Positions 8,553 to 18,973 of a stretch of DNA of 52,560 nucleotides are shown here, one piece after another. Position numbers and translations under genes: made by a program. Under the pieces are notes generated by a model, which was given only the letters and a program-made list of their open reading frames with translations, made no database searches and had not been told where the DNA came from. The DNA is from Flavobacteriaceae bacterium UBA7433. Its GTDB lineage: Bacteria; Bacteroidota; Bacteroidia; Flavobacteriales; Flavobacteriaceae. The stretch covers positions 1-52,560 of the forward strand of contig DLQL01000104.1 of NCBI GenBank assembly GCA_002477565.1, given 5' to 3'. Every line of letters starts with the position of its first letter. The first letter of the stretch is position 1.

Positions 8553-10982
8553 TTAAGCTCTGAAAATGTTTCTCCAGGTTTTTTTCTTGTCTACTTTTTC
8601 GGAATAGCCATAGCTGTAGCCGTAGTTGTATCCGTATTTGTATCCGTATTTGTATCCATAGCCGTAGCCGTATGCATTTTTGGGACCCAAACCATTGATG
8701 ACAATTGCCAGATTTTTTAGTTTCCCTTTTTGTTTCAGGTCTTTGTAAAAGGCAATTAATTTTTTGTCGGTATGGTTGGCACGCGTCAAATAAATCGTAA
8801 CATCTGCCAAATCGGCCATCAGTAAGGTATCGGTGACCAATAAGGTGGGTGCACTGTCAATGACGATGTAATCGTATGAACTTTTCGCTTCCTCAATCAA
8901 TTTTTCAAAGTTGCCATTGGTCAAAAGTTGGGTGGGTCTTGGAGGCAAAATCCCTGCAATTAAGATTTCGTGAGTTGGGTGGTTTTCAAAACTTTTGATA
9001 ATGGAACTTTTCCAGTCATAGCTGTTGTCCATGAGGTAGTTGACCAAGCCGCCTCTTTTCTTGTCGATTTTGAGGTATTTGTGAATTTGTGGATTTCTCA
9101 AATCTCCGCCGATCAACAGTACTTTTTTGTTCAAACTCGACATTGCTAAGGAGAGGTTCATCGCTGCAAAACTCTTTCCTTCCCCTTGGATACTAGATGT
9201 GCAGAGAACAACATGCGCTTTTCCTTTTTCTTTTCCTTTTTTGGACAGGAAAAATTCCAAATTGGCACTTAAGATACGTGTCGCTTCCGCAAGAATTGTA
9301 CGTTCGTTGGGATTTGTATAGAGCAGGGCTTGTGATCTGGGTACTTCAGGGATCTCTCCAATGATATTTGCATCCGACACTTCTTTTTCGATGTCTTTTC
9401 TGTTGTGAATTTTAGTGTCCATTGCAAATAAGACAAAAAGGACCGAAAAGGGAAGTAACAACCCCAAGGCAATGCCCGCTGTATAGACAATTTTGCTTTT
9501 TGTTGCTACAATACCAGCTGATGACAAGGCATAATCCACGACCTTGACGATGGGTTCAGTCACGGCCAATTGGATGGCTGCGATTTCTCTTTTTTCGAGT
9601 AGCAATATGTACAAACTTTCTTTGATTTTTTGTTTTCGTTCGATTTCACGCAGCCGTTTTTCTTTGAGTGGTAAGGAAGCCACACTGTTGTCGTGTAGTT
9701 GATTGCGGAGTTTCCATTGTTTTTTTGACTCTTCGATTTGTTTACTGTAATCGTTTAACGAGCGGTCCAAATTGGCTCTAAATTCTGAAATAGATTTGTT
9801 GAGTAACAGGACATTTGGATTGTTGGCTCCCCCGCTATTTAAAAGCTTGGTTCGCTCTAAAATCATCTCATTGTAGTTGTTTACAATGGAGTTAACGGAC
9901 GTATTGTTTACCCCAATGTTTTCTGGGAGGAGCTCACTGTTTTGTGTTTGCAAACTTTCAAGAAGCATTTGCGTCAACACCTGCTGGGTTTCAATGTCAA
10001 ACAAAGCAGCATCCGCGCGGTTTTGTTTTTCCAAATTAAAAGGAGCACTTACCCTTAGGTCGACAAAACTGTTTTCTTGTTTGAAAACCTTTATGTTTTC
10101 TTCAATGGTATTCAACTCTCCTTCCAAAGACTCAAATCGCTTGTCAATGAATTCGATGGTATTTCGGTCGACCAATTGTTTGTCTTTGACTCCGTCCGAG
10201 TTGTAAACGTCAATCAAGCTGTTTAGGATTTGTTCGTTTTTGTCCTTCAATTGGCTGCTAATAGAAAGCTGCATTACATCACTAAATTCCCCTGCACGTT
10301 TGACTTGAATCCTTTGTTGCAAGGACAAACTTGCGTCATGAATGGGCACAAAGTTAATTAGGAAGTGCTGATTGGTAAATTTCCTTTCAATCAACTCAGG
10401 AACCATCGATTTTGGAATGTCAATCTCAAAGGGCAGCGAATGTTTTTGGTTTCGGGTGTTAAAATCTTTAAAGAGATAACTTTGCTCTTTTTCATTGATT
10501 ATCGAATTGATGCGCAGTTCTTCGGTACTCAAGTATACTTCATAGGATTTGAAACTTTTAATGCTGTCTTGGTTAATGGTTTGTTCAAAGTTAAAAGGTG
10601 GTTTTTCAATGTCTACCGACTTGAAACGTTCTATTCGCGAAAAACTATGTGTCAAATTTAATTTGCGCACTAATGCTTCCTTCAATCGGTAGGAGGATAG
10701 AATTTCGATTTCGTTTTCATGGTTGATGTCATTGGCAGCCAAGGAACTGAGGTTGGCGATACTTGGAATGGTAGCTGCTTCTGCATCCGTCAACAATTTG
10801 ATTTTTGCAGAACTAGAGTATGTAATGGGGGTATGTCGCAGGTAAAAGAAAGCAATGGCCAAGGAAATTAAGACCGATCCTACAAACCATAACTTGTAAT
10901 CGAGGTATTTTCTCAGTATTTCTTTGAGGTCGATAATGTTATCTTCTGCAAATAAATCTTCGTTCTTGTAGGAGGTATTCAT
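8553..10982 (-). CDS. wzc: Polysaccharide co-polymerase / BY-kinase Wzc
   Basis: Two TM helices, Walker A GEGKS, GGDLRNP, IVIDSAP, C-terminal Tyr cluster. Confidence 0.95.
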   Translation of the reverse strand: MNTSYKNEDLFAEDNIIDLKEILRKYLDYKLWFVGSVLISLAIAFFYLRHTPITYSSSAKIKLLTDAEAATIPSIANLSSLAANDINHENEIEILSSYRLKEALVRKLNLTHSFSRIERFKSVDIEKPPFNFEQTINQDSIKSFKSYEVYLSTEELRINSIINEKEQSYLFKDFNTRNQKHSLPFEIDIPKSMVPELIERKFTNQHFLINFVPIHDASLSLQQRIQVKRAGEFSDVMQLSISSQLKDKNEQILNSLIDVYNSDGVKDKQLVDRNTIEFIDKRFESLEGELNTIEENIKVFKQENSFVDLRVSAPFNLEKQNRADAALFDIETQQVLTQMLLESLQTQNSELLPENIGVNNTSVNSIVNNYNEMILERTKLLNSGGANNPNVLLLNKSISEFRANLDRSLNDYSKQIEESKKQWKLRNQLHDNSVASLPLKEKRLREIERKQKIKESLYILLLEKREIAAIQLAVTEPIVKVVDYALSSAGIVATKSKIVYTAGIALGLLLPFSVLFVLFAMDTKIHNRKDIEKEVSDANIIGEIPEVPRSQALLYTNPNERTILAEATRILSANLEFFLSKKGKEKGKAHVVLCTSSIQGEGKSFAAMNLSLAMSSLNKKVLLIGGDLRNPQIHKYLKIDKKRGGLVNYLMDNSYDWKSSIIKSFENHPTHEILIAGILPPRPTQLLTNGNFEKLIEEAKSSYDYIVIDSAPTLLVTDTLLMADLADVTIYLTRANHTDKKLIAFYKDLKQKGKLKNLAIVINGLGPKNAYGYGYGYKYGYKYGYNYGYSYGYSEKVDKKKTWRNIFRA
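8604..8673 (-). repeat. Degenerate 12-nt tandem repeat encoding the (YG/YK/YN/YS) Tyr tail of Wzc
   Basis: Plus strand tgtatccgtatt tgtatccgtatt tgtatcc and variants; peptide AYGYGYGYKYGYKYGYNYGYSYGYS. Confidence 0.85.
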
Positions 10983-10985
10983 AGC

Positions 10986-11765
10986 TTAATTGGTTAGGAG
11001 GACTAAGGTACTGATGAGTAAAGAGGCAATGGCGACGAGCGTAGACGGGTTGCCAATATATCCCGCACTTTGAATTTTCGCATGATTGGGTTTGACTATG
11101 ATGACATCGTTCGGTTTGACGAAGTAGTATGGACTGTCAAGCAGTTCGATGGAGGTCAAATCCAACATTGCTGTTCGGCGTTGTCCATCCTCTTCACGAA
11201 TCAACAAGACTTCTTCTCGTTCTCCAGTAATGGTCAAATCTCCCGCATAACCAAGCACTTGAAAGATATTTAGTTGGGGTTCTACAAGTCCAAAGGTGCC
11301 TGGTATTTTTACCTCTCCCAAGACGGTTACTTTGTAGTTTAACAAACGAACATTTACGCGAGGATTAATGAGATGCCCTTCTGTTATCAATCGCTTTTTT
11401 AAAAGTCTTTCTAATTTTTTAGGACTCAAGTTCTTGACCAAAACATTTCCCAAGGTTGGAAAATCAATGCTGTAATTCGAATTGACCAAATATCCTTCCA
11501 TTTTCATAAGATCCATGCTATTTGCAAACCTTCCTCCATCCAGATCTTTGCTATAGGGAATCGCTGCTTCGGGGACAGAAGTTACTACTTCTATTTTCAG
11601 TATGTCATTGGGTTGCAATGTGTTTTCAACCGTTTGGACTTGTTTTTGAACATAGTTTTCTTCGTTTTGGAGATAAAGAATTTCTTTTTTACTAGCACAA
11701 GAATAAAAGTTCAAAGCAGCAGCCAACATCATAAAAAAAATTTTTGCTTTACGAAGGATTTTCAT
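10986..11765 (-). CDS. wza: Polysaccharide export lipoprotein (OPX/Wza)
   Basis: Lipobox-like FYSC, LQPNDILKI, VTVLGEV, AGDLT motifs; directly upstream of wzc. Confidence 0.92.
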   Translation of the reverse strand: MKILRKAKIFFMMLAAALNFYSCASKKEILYLQNEENYVQKQVQTVENTLQPNDILKIEVVTSVPEAAIPYSKDLDGGRFANSMDLMKMEGYLVNSNYSIDFPTLGNVLVKNLSPKKLERLLKKRLITEGHLINPRVNVRLLNYKVTVLGEVKIPGTFGLVEPQLNIFQVLGYAGDLTITGEREEVLLIREEDGQRRTAMLDLTSIELLDSPYYFVKPNDVIIVKPNHAKIQSAGYIGNPSTLVAIASLLISTLVLLTN

Positions 11766-11873
11766 AGATATGGGTATTGAATTTATGAATGAATAGAAAT
11801 ATCATGTATGATTTGAATGGCCAACTTTGTAGTTTGAAATGTGAGTTGGTTCTTTTTGGTTTTTACGACTAAA

Positions 11874-13241
11874 TTAGCGAGCATTTTGAAAACTTTTTTC
11901 ACTAAAAAGAGTGGCAAAGACGATTTTGATGTCTTTGATCAAGGACCAGTTTTCGATGTAATCCATATCGTACTCTACGCGTTTTTCCATCTTCCACAAT
12001 TGTTCGGTTTCCCCGCGAAATCCATTGACCTGCGCCCAACCCGTGATGCCAGGTTTGATAAAATGCCGGGACTTGTAGTGGAGGATTTCTTTGGAGTAGA
12101 GATCTGTATGAAACAGCATGTGTGGCCGCGGCCCCACCACAGACATTTGTCCGAACAAGACACAGATAAACTGCGGCAATTCGTCTAAGTTGTACTTGCG
12201 TAGAAATTTGCCAATTTTCGTAATGCGCAGGTCCTCATTTTCTGCCTGTTTTTCTTCGGAAGCTTTGTTTTGTTTCATGGTACGCAGTTTGAGGCAGTTG
12301 AAAGTTTTGTTGCTCACGCCGGTTCTTTTTTGGACAAAAAACACAGGACCTCTGGAGTCTATTACAATCAGCAGGGCCAAGATGGGCAGCAACCATGACA
12401 AAATTAATAGAATGACTGCTGATGAAAAAAGGACATCTGCGACTCTTTTTTGAATTCGGTTTCTAATTTTGTCCATAGGAAAATCAAAAGGATCGATGAC
12501 GGTAATTCCCCCCACAGAATTTTCAGTTTTAAAATTGAACAACGCCTCTTTTTGGGGCACCAACTTGATGCGAATTCCTTTTTTGATGGACAACTGCAAC
12601 ATTTTTTTTAGATGGGGCTGTTCTTTAAAAACAGAAAAAGTCACAAAAAAGACCTGTATTTTTAGTTTTTCGATGAGTTCTTCCAACTCTTCAATTTTCC
12701 CCAAAGTAAAGCTTTCATCTTCCTTCGAAACATATCCCAAAAAATTATACCCCAAAATTTTGTTGTTGGACAAGATGGCTGCCAAGGATTTGGCCGTATC
12801 ATCAGAGCCCACGATCAAGGTGCTTTTTACATAGCGGCCCTTGGAACGCGAACTACGGACATACTTGTAGACCATGTAATAAGCGATGAGGCACAAGCCG
12901 TAAAAAAGAAGCAAAAAGACAGTGTAATCCTCCCTTAGTAGAAAGGGTTTTTCTACGATTAAAACATTGACAATGATAGAAACCAAGGCATAGGCGGCTG
13001 TTCGATAGGTGATGCGCCACGCACGGTTGTAAAAACCATCTCTTAGGTAGAGGTTTTTTTTGGAAATCAGAATATAGGTAATGAGATAAGCAAAATTTTC
13101 TTGAATGAAACTTCGATATTGAAAATCCTCTGTAGAATGATTGATTAACTCATAACTGATGACCAGATAGTAGGAGAGGTTTAAAACAAAGAGTTCTAAA
13201 ACGAGGTAATAAAGAATCAGATCTATTTTTCTTGTGTTCAT
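11874..13241 (-). CDS. wcaJ: Undecaprenyl-phosphate sugar phosphotransferase (initiating, WcaJ-like)
   Basis: N-terminal TMs; KLRTM, LDELPQF, MSVVGPRP and KPGITGWAQVNG motifs. Confidence 0.92.
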   Translation of the reverse strand: MNTRKIDLILYYLVLELFVLNLSYYLVISYELINHSTEDFQYRSFIQENFAYLITYILISKKNLYLRDGFYNRAWRITYRTAAYALVSIIVNVLIVEKPFLLREDYTVFLLLFYGLCLIAYYMVYKYVRSSRSKGRYVKSTLIVGSDDTAKSLAAILSNNKILGYNFLGYVSKEDESFTLGKIEELEELIEKLKIQVFFVTFSVFKEQPHLKKMLQLSIKKGIRIKLVPQKEALFNFKTENSVGGITVIDPFDFPMDKIRNRIQKRVADVLFSSAVILLILSWLLPILALLIVIDSRGPVFFVQKRTGVSNKTFNCLKLRTMKQNKASEEKQAENEDLRITKIGKFLRKYNLDELPQFICVLFGQMSVVGPRPHMLFHTDLYSKEILHYKSRHFIKPGITGWAQVNGFRGETEQLWKMEKRVEYDMDYIENWSLIKDIKIVFATLFSEKSFQNAR

Positions 13242-13338
13242 TTGGGGTGGGGGATGAACTCGCTATTAGAAGCAGTATGCTAACAACTTTTTTTTAAAGC
13301 CGATGTAAATATAAGGATATTTAACAAATTAAATGGAA

Positions 13339-14109
13339 CTACCTAAAGCTTTTTGATGGGGCGAATCTAGGAATTAAGTACTGAGGGATTTTGTTTAGAA
13401 TTTTAAAAACAAGCGTAATTTGACCAAGTAGGTTGTGTTTTTTGATGATTTTTAAATCTTCCATAGATTTTTTTTTCTGCAATTTGGCGGTGGTGCTTTT
13501 GCCTCCCAAGCGCATTTTGACCACCCAATTATTTAGAAATAATTTCTTGATTTTTGGTTCTAAAAACCACCGCAAGGAAATGTCGTAATCGCTGGCTATT
13601 TCATAGTCTTCGTTGTACAATCCATACTCTTGAAATACTTCTTTTTTTACGTAGATGGTGGTGTGCAGTGGAATCCATCCCATTCTTAAGGAGTGATTTT
13701 GAAAGGGCTTTGCTTTGTAAATACGACGAATTCGATCGGTGTTTTCGCGCTTTACATACAGCCCGTTGGCATAGACCAAATCGGCTTGGCTGTTTTGAAA
13801 TTGGGTCGCTATTTTTGCAAGCGTGGAAGTTTCGTAAAAGAGGTCGTCTGAATGCAAAATCCCAATGACATCTCCAGTACATTTTTGAATTCCCTTGTTC
13901 AAAGCATTGTACAAACCGCTGTCTTTTTCGGAGACATAGTAGCCTAATTTTTCAACGTATGGAGCAATCACTTCTTGGGTTCCGTCGGTGGAACCTCCAT
14001 CGATGACCACATGTTCTATATTGTGATGGGTTTGTGCAAGAACGGATTCTATGCAAGCTGCAATACAGGCCTTGTTATTGTAAACAATGGTGATGATGGA
14101 GATTTTCAA
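13339..14109 (-). CDS. GT2 glycosyltransferase (WcaE/WfgS-like, often fucosyltransferase)
   Basis: ISIITIVYN, IDGGSTDGT, GLYNALNKG, LHSDD. Confidence 0.88.
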   Translation of the reverse strand: MKISIITIVYNNKACIAACIESVLAQTHHNIEHVVIDGGSTDGTQEVIAPYVEKLGYYVSEKDSGLYNALNKGIQKCTGDVIGILHSDDLFYETSTLAKIATQFQNSQADLVYANGLYVKRENTDRIRRIYKAKPFQNHSLRMGWIPLHTTIYVKKEVFQEYGLYNEDYEIASDYDISLRWFLEPKIKKLFLNNWVVKMRLGGKSTTAKLQKKKSMEDLKIIKKHNLLGQITLVFKILNKIPQYLIPRFAPSKSFR

Positions 14110-14123
14110 GATTTTTTTGGGAT

Positions 14124-15059
14124 TTAGAGTACCGAATCAAAATAGGCAATGGTTTTGGTCAATCCTTCGTTGAGTTGGGTAGTCGGCATCCAGCCATCCA
14201 ATTTTTCAAAAGCCAAGTCTATATTAGGTTGTCGTTGTTTGGGGTCGTCTTGCGGCATGGGCATGTAGCGCAATTTGGATTTGGATTCAGTGAGTCTCAG
14301 GACTGTTTTTGCCAGTTCGAGCATGCTAAATTCATGCGGATTTCCGATGTTAACAGGACCTAAAAAATCAGGGGTTGAATTCATCATACGAATGGTTCCT
14401 TCCACCAAATCATCTACGTATTGAAACGAACGTGTTTGCAAACCATCTCCAAAAATGGTGATGTCTTTTCCTTTGAGAGCTTGCACAATAAAATTGGAGA
14501 CCACACGTCCGTCATTGGGATTCATGTTTGGTCCGTAAGTGTTGAAAATACGTATAATTTTGATGGCAACCTCATTTTGAGTGTGGTAGTCCATAAACAA
14601 AGTTTCCGCGCAGCGTTTTCCTTCGTCGTAACAAGAGCGAATTCCAATCGGGTTGACATGCCCCCAATAATCTTCTGTTTGTGGGTGAACATGCGGATCG
14701 CCGTAAACTTCACTCGTACTAGCTTGTAAGACTTTTGCTTTTACGCGTTTTGCCAAGCCCAACACATTGATGGCCCCCATGACAGAGGTTTTGATGGTTT
14801 TGATGGGATTGTATTGGTAGTGGATGGGTGAAGCGGGACAGGCCATGTTGTAAATTTCATCTACCTCTGCATAAAAAGGTTCGGTGATGTCGTGGCGTAC
14901 CATCTCAAAATAGGGATTGTCTAGTAGTTCTACGATGTTTTTTTTGGTGCCTGTAAAGTAATTGTCCAAGCAGACCACTTCATTCCCTTCGTTTAACAAA
15001 CGTTTGCACAAATGGGAACCTACAAATCCAGCACCTCCAGTAATCAGTATTTTTTTCAT
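14124..15059 (-). CDS. UDP-glucuronate decarboxylase (UDP-xylose synthase)
   Basis: [48 protein letters not shown]. Confidence 0.93.
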   Translation of the reverse strand: MKKILITGGAGFVGSHLCKRLLNEGNEVVCLDNYFTGTKKNIVELLDNPYFEMVRHDITEPFYAEVDEIYNMACPASPIHYQYNPIKTIKTSVMGAINVLGLAKRVKAKVLQASTSEVYGDPHVHPQTEDYWGHVNPIGIRSCYDEGKRCAETLFMDYHTQNEVAIKIIRIFNTYGPNMNPNDGRVVSNFIVQALKGKDITIFGDGLQTRSFQYVDDLVEGTIRMMNSTPDFLGPVNIGNPHEFSMLELAKTVLRLTESKSKLRYMPMPQDDPKQRQPNIDLAFEKLDGWMPTTQLNEGLTKTIAYFDSVL

Positions 15060-15068
15060 AAGGAGTTA

Positions 15069-15887
15069 TTATTTATTCGAAATTTCTTTGATTTTTGTTT
15101 GAATCTGGAAAAAGTAATGAGCTTTGAAGCGCGCCAAATAAAAGCCGGCTCTCCCATCTAAAAACCCCAATTTTACAAGGTAAGCACCTATAAAGTAAAC
15201 CATCGGTAACAATCCTGTAGCCATCAGTCCGTATTTGATTTTTTGATTTAAAGACAAGACTCTGTTTTCTTCTTGTTTGATTTGAAAGTACCTTTGGGCT
15301 TCCCAGCTTGAATAGGCATTGTGTTTTTGAATATAATGTTCCAAAGATTTGAAATCTTTGTGCGTTATTTTGGATTTTATCAAACCTATTTCACCCTTAA
15401 TGATAGGGTGTTCATGGATTTCCATGTCCAAGTGACTCCATAAATCTTCCTTTACTTTTTCATAAGCTCCCTTTGTTTTTTTAAACAAGGCATTTTTGTG
15501 AAAACCATAACCATAACGCAGTTTTTTTTCCATAAAATAATTTTCAAACTGAAGAGTAAATCCATTGCAGTTTGTATTTGCTGTCTTTGTTGCTATTTCA
15601 GATACAAAAGCCTCCGATACAAATTCATCCGCATCTAAAAACAACACCCATTCGTGTTTGATGTCTGCGTTTTGAAGTGTCCAATTCCGTTTTTTCGGAA
15701 ATTTTCCATTCCATTGGAACTGCAGTATTTCGGCACCCATATCATTCGCGATCGCTATTGTTTTGTCTGTACTTTGAGAGTCGACTACAATTATTTGATC
15801 AAAGCGAACGAGTTTTTCAAGACAAGAAGGCAGGTTGAGCTCTTCGTTTTTTACGGAAACCACAACAGTAATTGGTATTTTATTCAA
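15069..15887 (-). CDS. GT2 glycosyltransferase
   Basis: VVDSQSTDKT, WVLFLDADE, IHEH motifs. Confidence 0.88.
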   Translation of the reverse strand: MNKIPITVVVSVKNEELNLPSCLEKLVRFDQIIVVDSQSTDKTIAIANDMGAEILQFQWNGKFPKKRNWTLQNADIKHEWVLFLDADEFVSEAFVSEIATKTANTNCNGFTLQFENYFMEKKLRYGYGFHKNALFKKTKGAYEKVKEDLWSHLDMEIHEHPIIKGEIGLIKSKITHKDFKSLEHYIQKHNAYSSWEAQRYFQIKQEENRVLSLNQKIKYGLMATGLLPMVYFIGAYLVKLGFLDGRAGFYLARFKAHYFFQIQTKIKEISNK

Positions 15888-16428
15888 GATTTCTGTTTTT
15901 AATGAATTGTGCGGGATTTCCTCCTACAATGGTGTTTTTTGCAACGTTTTTGACAACAACACTTCTTGCGGCAATAACGGCATTTTTTTCGATTGCAACT
16001 CCAGGTCCTATAAAAGTTTCCGCTGCCACCCAAACACCTGTTCCGATTGTGATGGGTTTTAAAACCAAAGGGAATTCTTTTTTGTTGAAATCGTGTGAGG
16101 AGGCACACAAGTAGCTTTTTTGGGAAATTACGGTATTGCTGCCAATACTTATTTTTCCTTGGTTGTAACAATCCACTTTAGGACCTAGACATGTGTTTGC
16201 TCCCATTTCTAAATTCCAAGGCGCCCATATTTTTGTTGAAGCATAGACATGTGCGGACCAAGCCAACTTTGCACCAAAACATTTCAATACCAATATGCGC
16301 CATTTTTTGAAAAAACGACTTGCAAAGGGTCGAAATAAAAAAAGTGATGTCACATTCCAAAGCACTCTTTTTATTTTGTTTTTAAATCCAAAACTATGGT
16401 TGTAATTTGACAGTTCCAATGCGCTCAT
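15880..16428 (-). CDS. wcaF: WcaF-like hexapeptide-repeat O-acetyltransferase
   Basis: IWAPWNLEMG, SQKSYLCASSHD, VGGNPA. Confidence 0.85.
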   Translation of the reverse strand: MSALELSNYNHSFGFKNKIKRVLWNVTSLFLFRPFASRFFKKWRILVLKCFGAKLAWSAHVYASTKIWAPWNLEMGANTCLGPKVDCYNQGKISIGSNTVISQKSYLCASSHDFNKKEFPLVLKPITIGTGVWVAAETFIGPGVAIEKNAVIAARSVVVKNVAKNTIVGGNPAQFIKNRNLE

Positions 16429-17504
16429 TATTCTAGGATTATTTGATTGTACAATGCGCTTATGTCTTCAGCTACTGCCTTGGTATCGTATTTTTCTTTG
16501 ACCAATACTGTTCCGCGTTTGCCCATGGCTACAAATTCCTCTATGGGACTGTTGACAATGTTTTCAAGGGTGTTTTTTAAATTGGCAACTGACAGTTCAA
16601 TCCACCAACCGCACTTATGGGTTTCTAGATCTTCCCACGGTGTTCCCATGGTCGTTAAGACCGGAACACCAACTGCCAAGGCTTCTGCAACCACAATGCC
16701 AAAGTTTTCGCTGAAGGTGGGCAAGACCATCACATCTGCCGAGCGAATGCAATCCCATTTGGCTTCTCCGTATTGGGGGCCTATGAAACACACTTCTTTT
16801 AAGTCGGATGCGCTCTTTTTCAGTGTCTCGACATAAGAGGGGTTCCCATCACCTGCAATTTCCAAAGTCCATTCTTTGGAGTCCATCGTTCGCCAGGCTT
16901 CCAAAAGCAATTCGATCCCTTTTTTGGGATGGATTCGAGACAAAAACACCATTTTTTTGGTGCCATAATTAGTTTTAAGAGTTTTGACTTCACTCAAATC
17001 AATGCCATTGGGAATGTTGGTGATGGGGGTTTTGTATCCTAATTTTCTGATGTTATCTGCCTCCATTTGGGCGGTGGCATGCAAGTGGTCTGCTTTGCGG
17101 ATGGCTGTGTTTTGGTACAACCACATGCCCAGTTTTTTCTTCCAAGGATTGCAAGCCAAAATCCAAGGTTCCAACATGCCCCTTGTGCTGATAATATATG
17201 GGATGTTTTTTTTTCGAGCCCAATAGGCCATGACATTTACATAGGGATTCCAAATGTGTTGGATGTGGATCAAATCAACGTCTGACTTATTTAAATTTGA
17301 TCCGAGTTTATTGAGCGCCCTAATCGATTTATACACAAGCTTAAGATTTTCATTTTTTGGAATCTTAACAGGGTTTGGTGAGGTTTGGGTTATTATTTCG
17401 ATATCAACGCCCAATTTCGCCAATTCAATGCAAGTTTTTGGAACCGAACGAGACGGTCCGCCAGCACTTTCGTCTATGGATGCTATAATGTGAAGGACTT
17501 TCAT
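16428..17504 (-). CDS. GT4 glycosyltransferase
   Basis: GGPSRSV, FLSRIHPKKG, ENFGIVVAEALA (EX7E). Confidence 0.92.
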   Translation of the reverse strand: MKVLHIIASIDESAGGPSRSVPKTCIELAKLGVDIEIITQTSPNPVKIPKNENLKLVYKSIRALNKLGSNLNKSDVDLIHIQHIWNPYVNVMAYWARKKNIPYIISTRGMLEPWILACNPWKKKLGMWLYQNTAIRKADHLHATAQMEADNIRKLGYKTPITNIPNGIDLSEVKTLKTNYGTKKMVFLSRIHPKKGIELLLEAWRTMDSKEWTLEIAGDGNPSYVETLKKSASDLKEVCFIGPQYGEAKWDCIRSADVMVLPTFSENFGIVVAEALAVGVPVLTTMGTPWEDLETHKCGWWIELSVANLKNTLENIVNSPIEEFVAMGKRGTVLVKEKYDTKAVAEDISALYNQIILE

Positions 17505-18334
17505 GAAGAATATTTATTCCCAAAGATTAATTTTACCAAAGAATCAGGAAGGGTATTCAAGACTAATTGGAATGCGTAAAAAGAAAAGGCATTCAGAAAT
17601 CCGAAATGACGTTTTCGGAAATAAAAGTTTAGTTTTGGAGGGGAACCCAAAGGAGAGTACAATTTTTGAAATCTTTCTTTTAGGCTGCAATTTTCCACAC
17701 GCATTCTGCATAGGTCATTTACTTGGCCACTCCCAACAACTACTCTAGTTGAGCAAACAGAAAACCCCTCCTTATGAGTACGGTATCCATAATCGACATC
17801 ACCTAGGTCATGGTGAAAAGTAGGATCCAAATTGCCAAGTTTTTCGAACACGGCGCTTGGAATCAAAACGACATTTCCATTCATGTTTGTGATCTGCTGT
17901 AAATGTCCGTTGGGTTTGATAATGTTTCGCTGCCTGTCTGTGCCGCCATATATAATTTTTGATTTGTCAGCGGTTTCTATAATTCCAGAAACAATGCCTT
18001 TGCAGCTTAAAATATTTGTACATGCATACAATTCATCAAAACAATTTTCATAAAGGATCACATCATCATTCAACCATAAATAGAAATCGTATTTGTTCTT
18101 GCTTGCATGTTCCCATGCCAAGTGCATGCCTCTGCTCCAAAACAAATCTCCGTTCCCTTTAATTAGATGTACATCTGGATATTTTTTTAAAATCGCTGCA
18201 GAAGTTCCGTCAGATGAATTGTCATCTACCACATACACATCTATATCTTGACTCAAAAAAAACAATTGATTGAGACACTTTAGAGTATCTTTTTTTCTAT
18301 TGAAGCAGGTCAGTAGCACCGCTGTTTTGTTCAT
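17501..18334 (-). CDS. GT2 glycosyltransferase
   Basis: VVDDNSSDGT, LWLNDD, GDVDYGYR. Confidence 0.88.
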   Translation of the reverse strand: MNKTAVLLTCFNRKKDTLKCLNQLFFLSQDIDVYVVDDNSSDGTSAAILKKYPDVHLIKGNGDLFWSRGMHLAWEHASKNKYDFYLWLNDDVILYENCFDELYACTNILSCKGIVSGIIETADKSKIIYGGTDRQRNIIKPNGHLQQITNMNGNVVLIPSAVFEKLGNLDPTFHHDLGDVDYGYRTHKEGFSVCSTRVVVGSGQVNDLCRMRVENCSLKERFQKLYSPLGSPPKLNFYFRKRHFGFLNAFSFYAFQLVLNTLPDSLVKLIFGNKYSS

Positions 18335-18958
18335 TTAAACTTTTTTAGATGCGTTTTTATTTGGAATTCTATTTTCTTTATCACATTAGCTGGGTTTCCA
18401 ACAGCTATTGACATTTGGGGTATATCCTGAGTGACAACTGATCCGGCTCCTATGACAGATCCAGCTCCAATTCTAACTCCTTTCAAGATAATTGACCGAG
18501 CGCCAATAAACACATCATCTTCAATAGCAACAGGTGCTGTTTTGATTTTTGAATCTTCTTTTCTTTCCCAATAATTGATAGCGTGTGCATTATTGTCTGT
18601 AATGAGAACCCCACTTCCAATCAAAACATTGTTCCCGATTTCTATCTTTTGATAACAAGATAGTGTTGCCCCTGATATTCCAACACGATTTCCAATCTTG
18701 AGATATGAATTACTTTTTAAGGCGTATAACTTGACCCGTTGAAACACACCAATGGATTTTTTTTTGATGGCTACAGGCGACAAAATTTTTGCCAATTTTA
18801 ATTTCTGCATCCCTGTGTTTTCTGATAAGTGGTAGCTTGTGAAAAACCCAAGACCTATCCCAATTCCCCTTTCCTAATTTCACTTTGCAAAAGACAAAAT
18901 TTATTAACAGTTTGTATGCATGGTATGGCGGCAGCTTTATAAATTTAGAGAGATGCAT
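18331..18958 (-). pseudogene. Hexapeptide-repeat acetyltransferase split by a frameshift in an A9 tract
   Basis: ORF 18958-18710 (..EIKIGKNFVACSHQKK) and ORF 18810-18331 (KKSIGVFQ..IGSGVLITDNNAH..VGNPA) join at the T9 run 18757-18765. The span is 628 nt; removing one base gives one 208-aa ORF. Confidence 0.8.
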
Positions 18959-18973
18959 ATGAGTTAGTAATTT

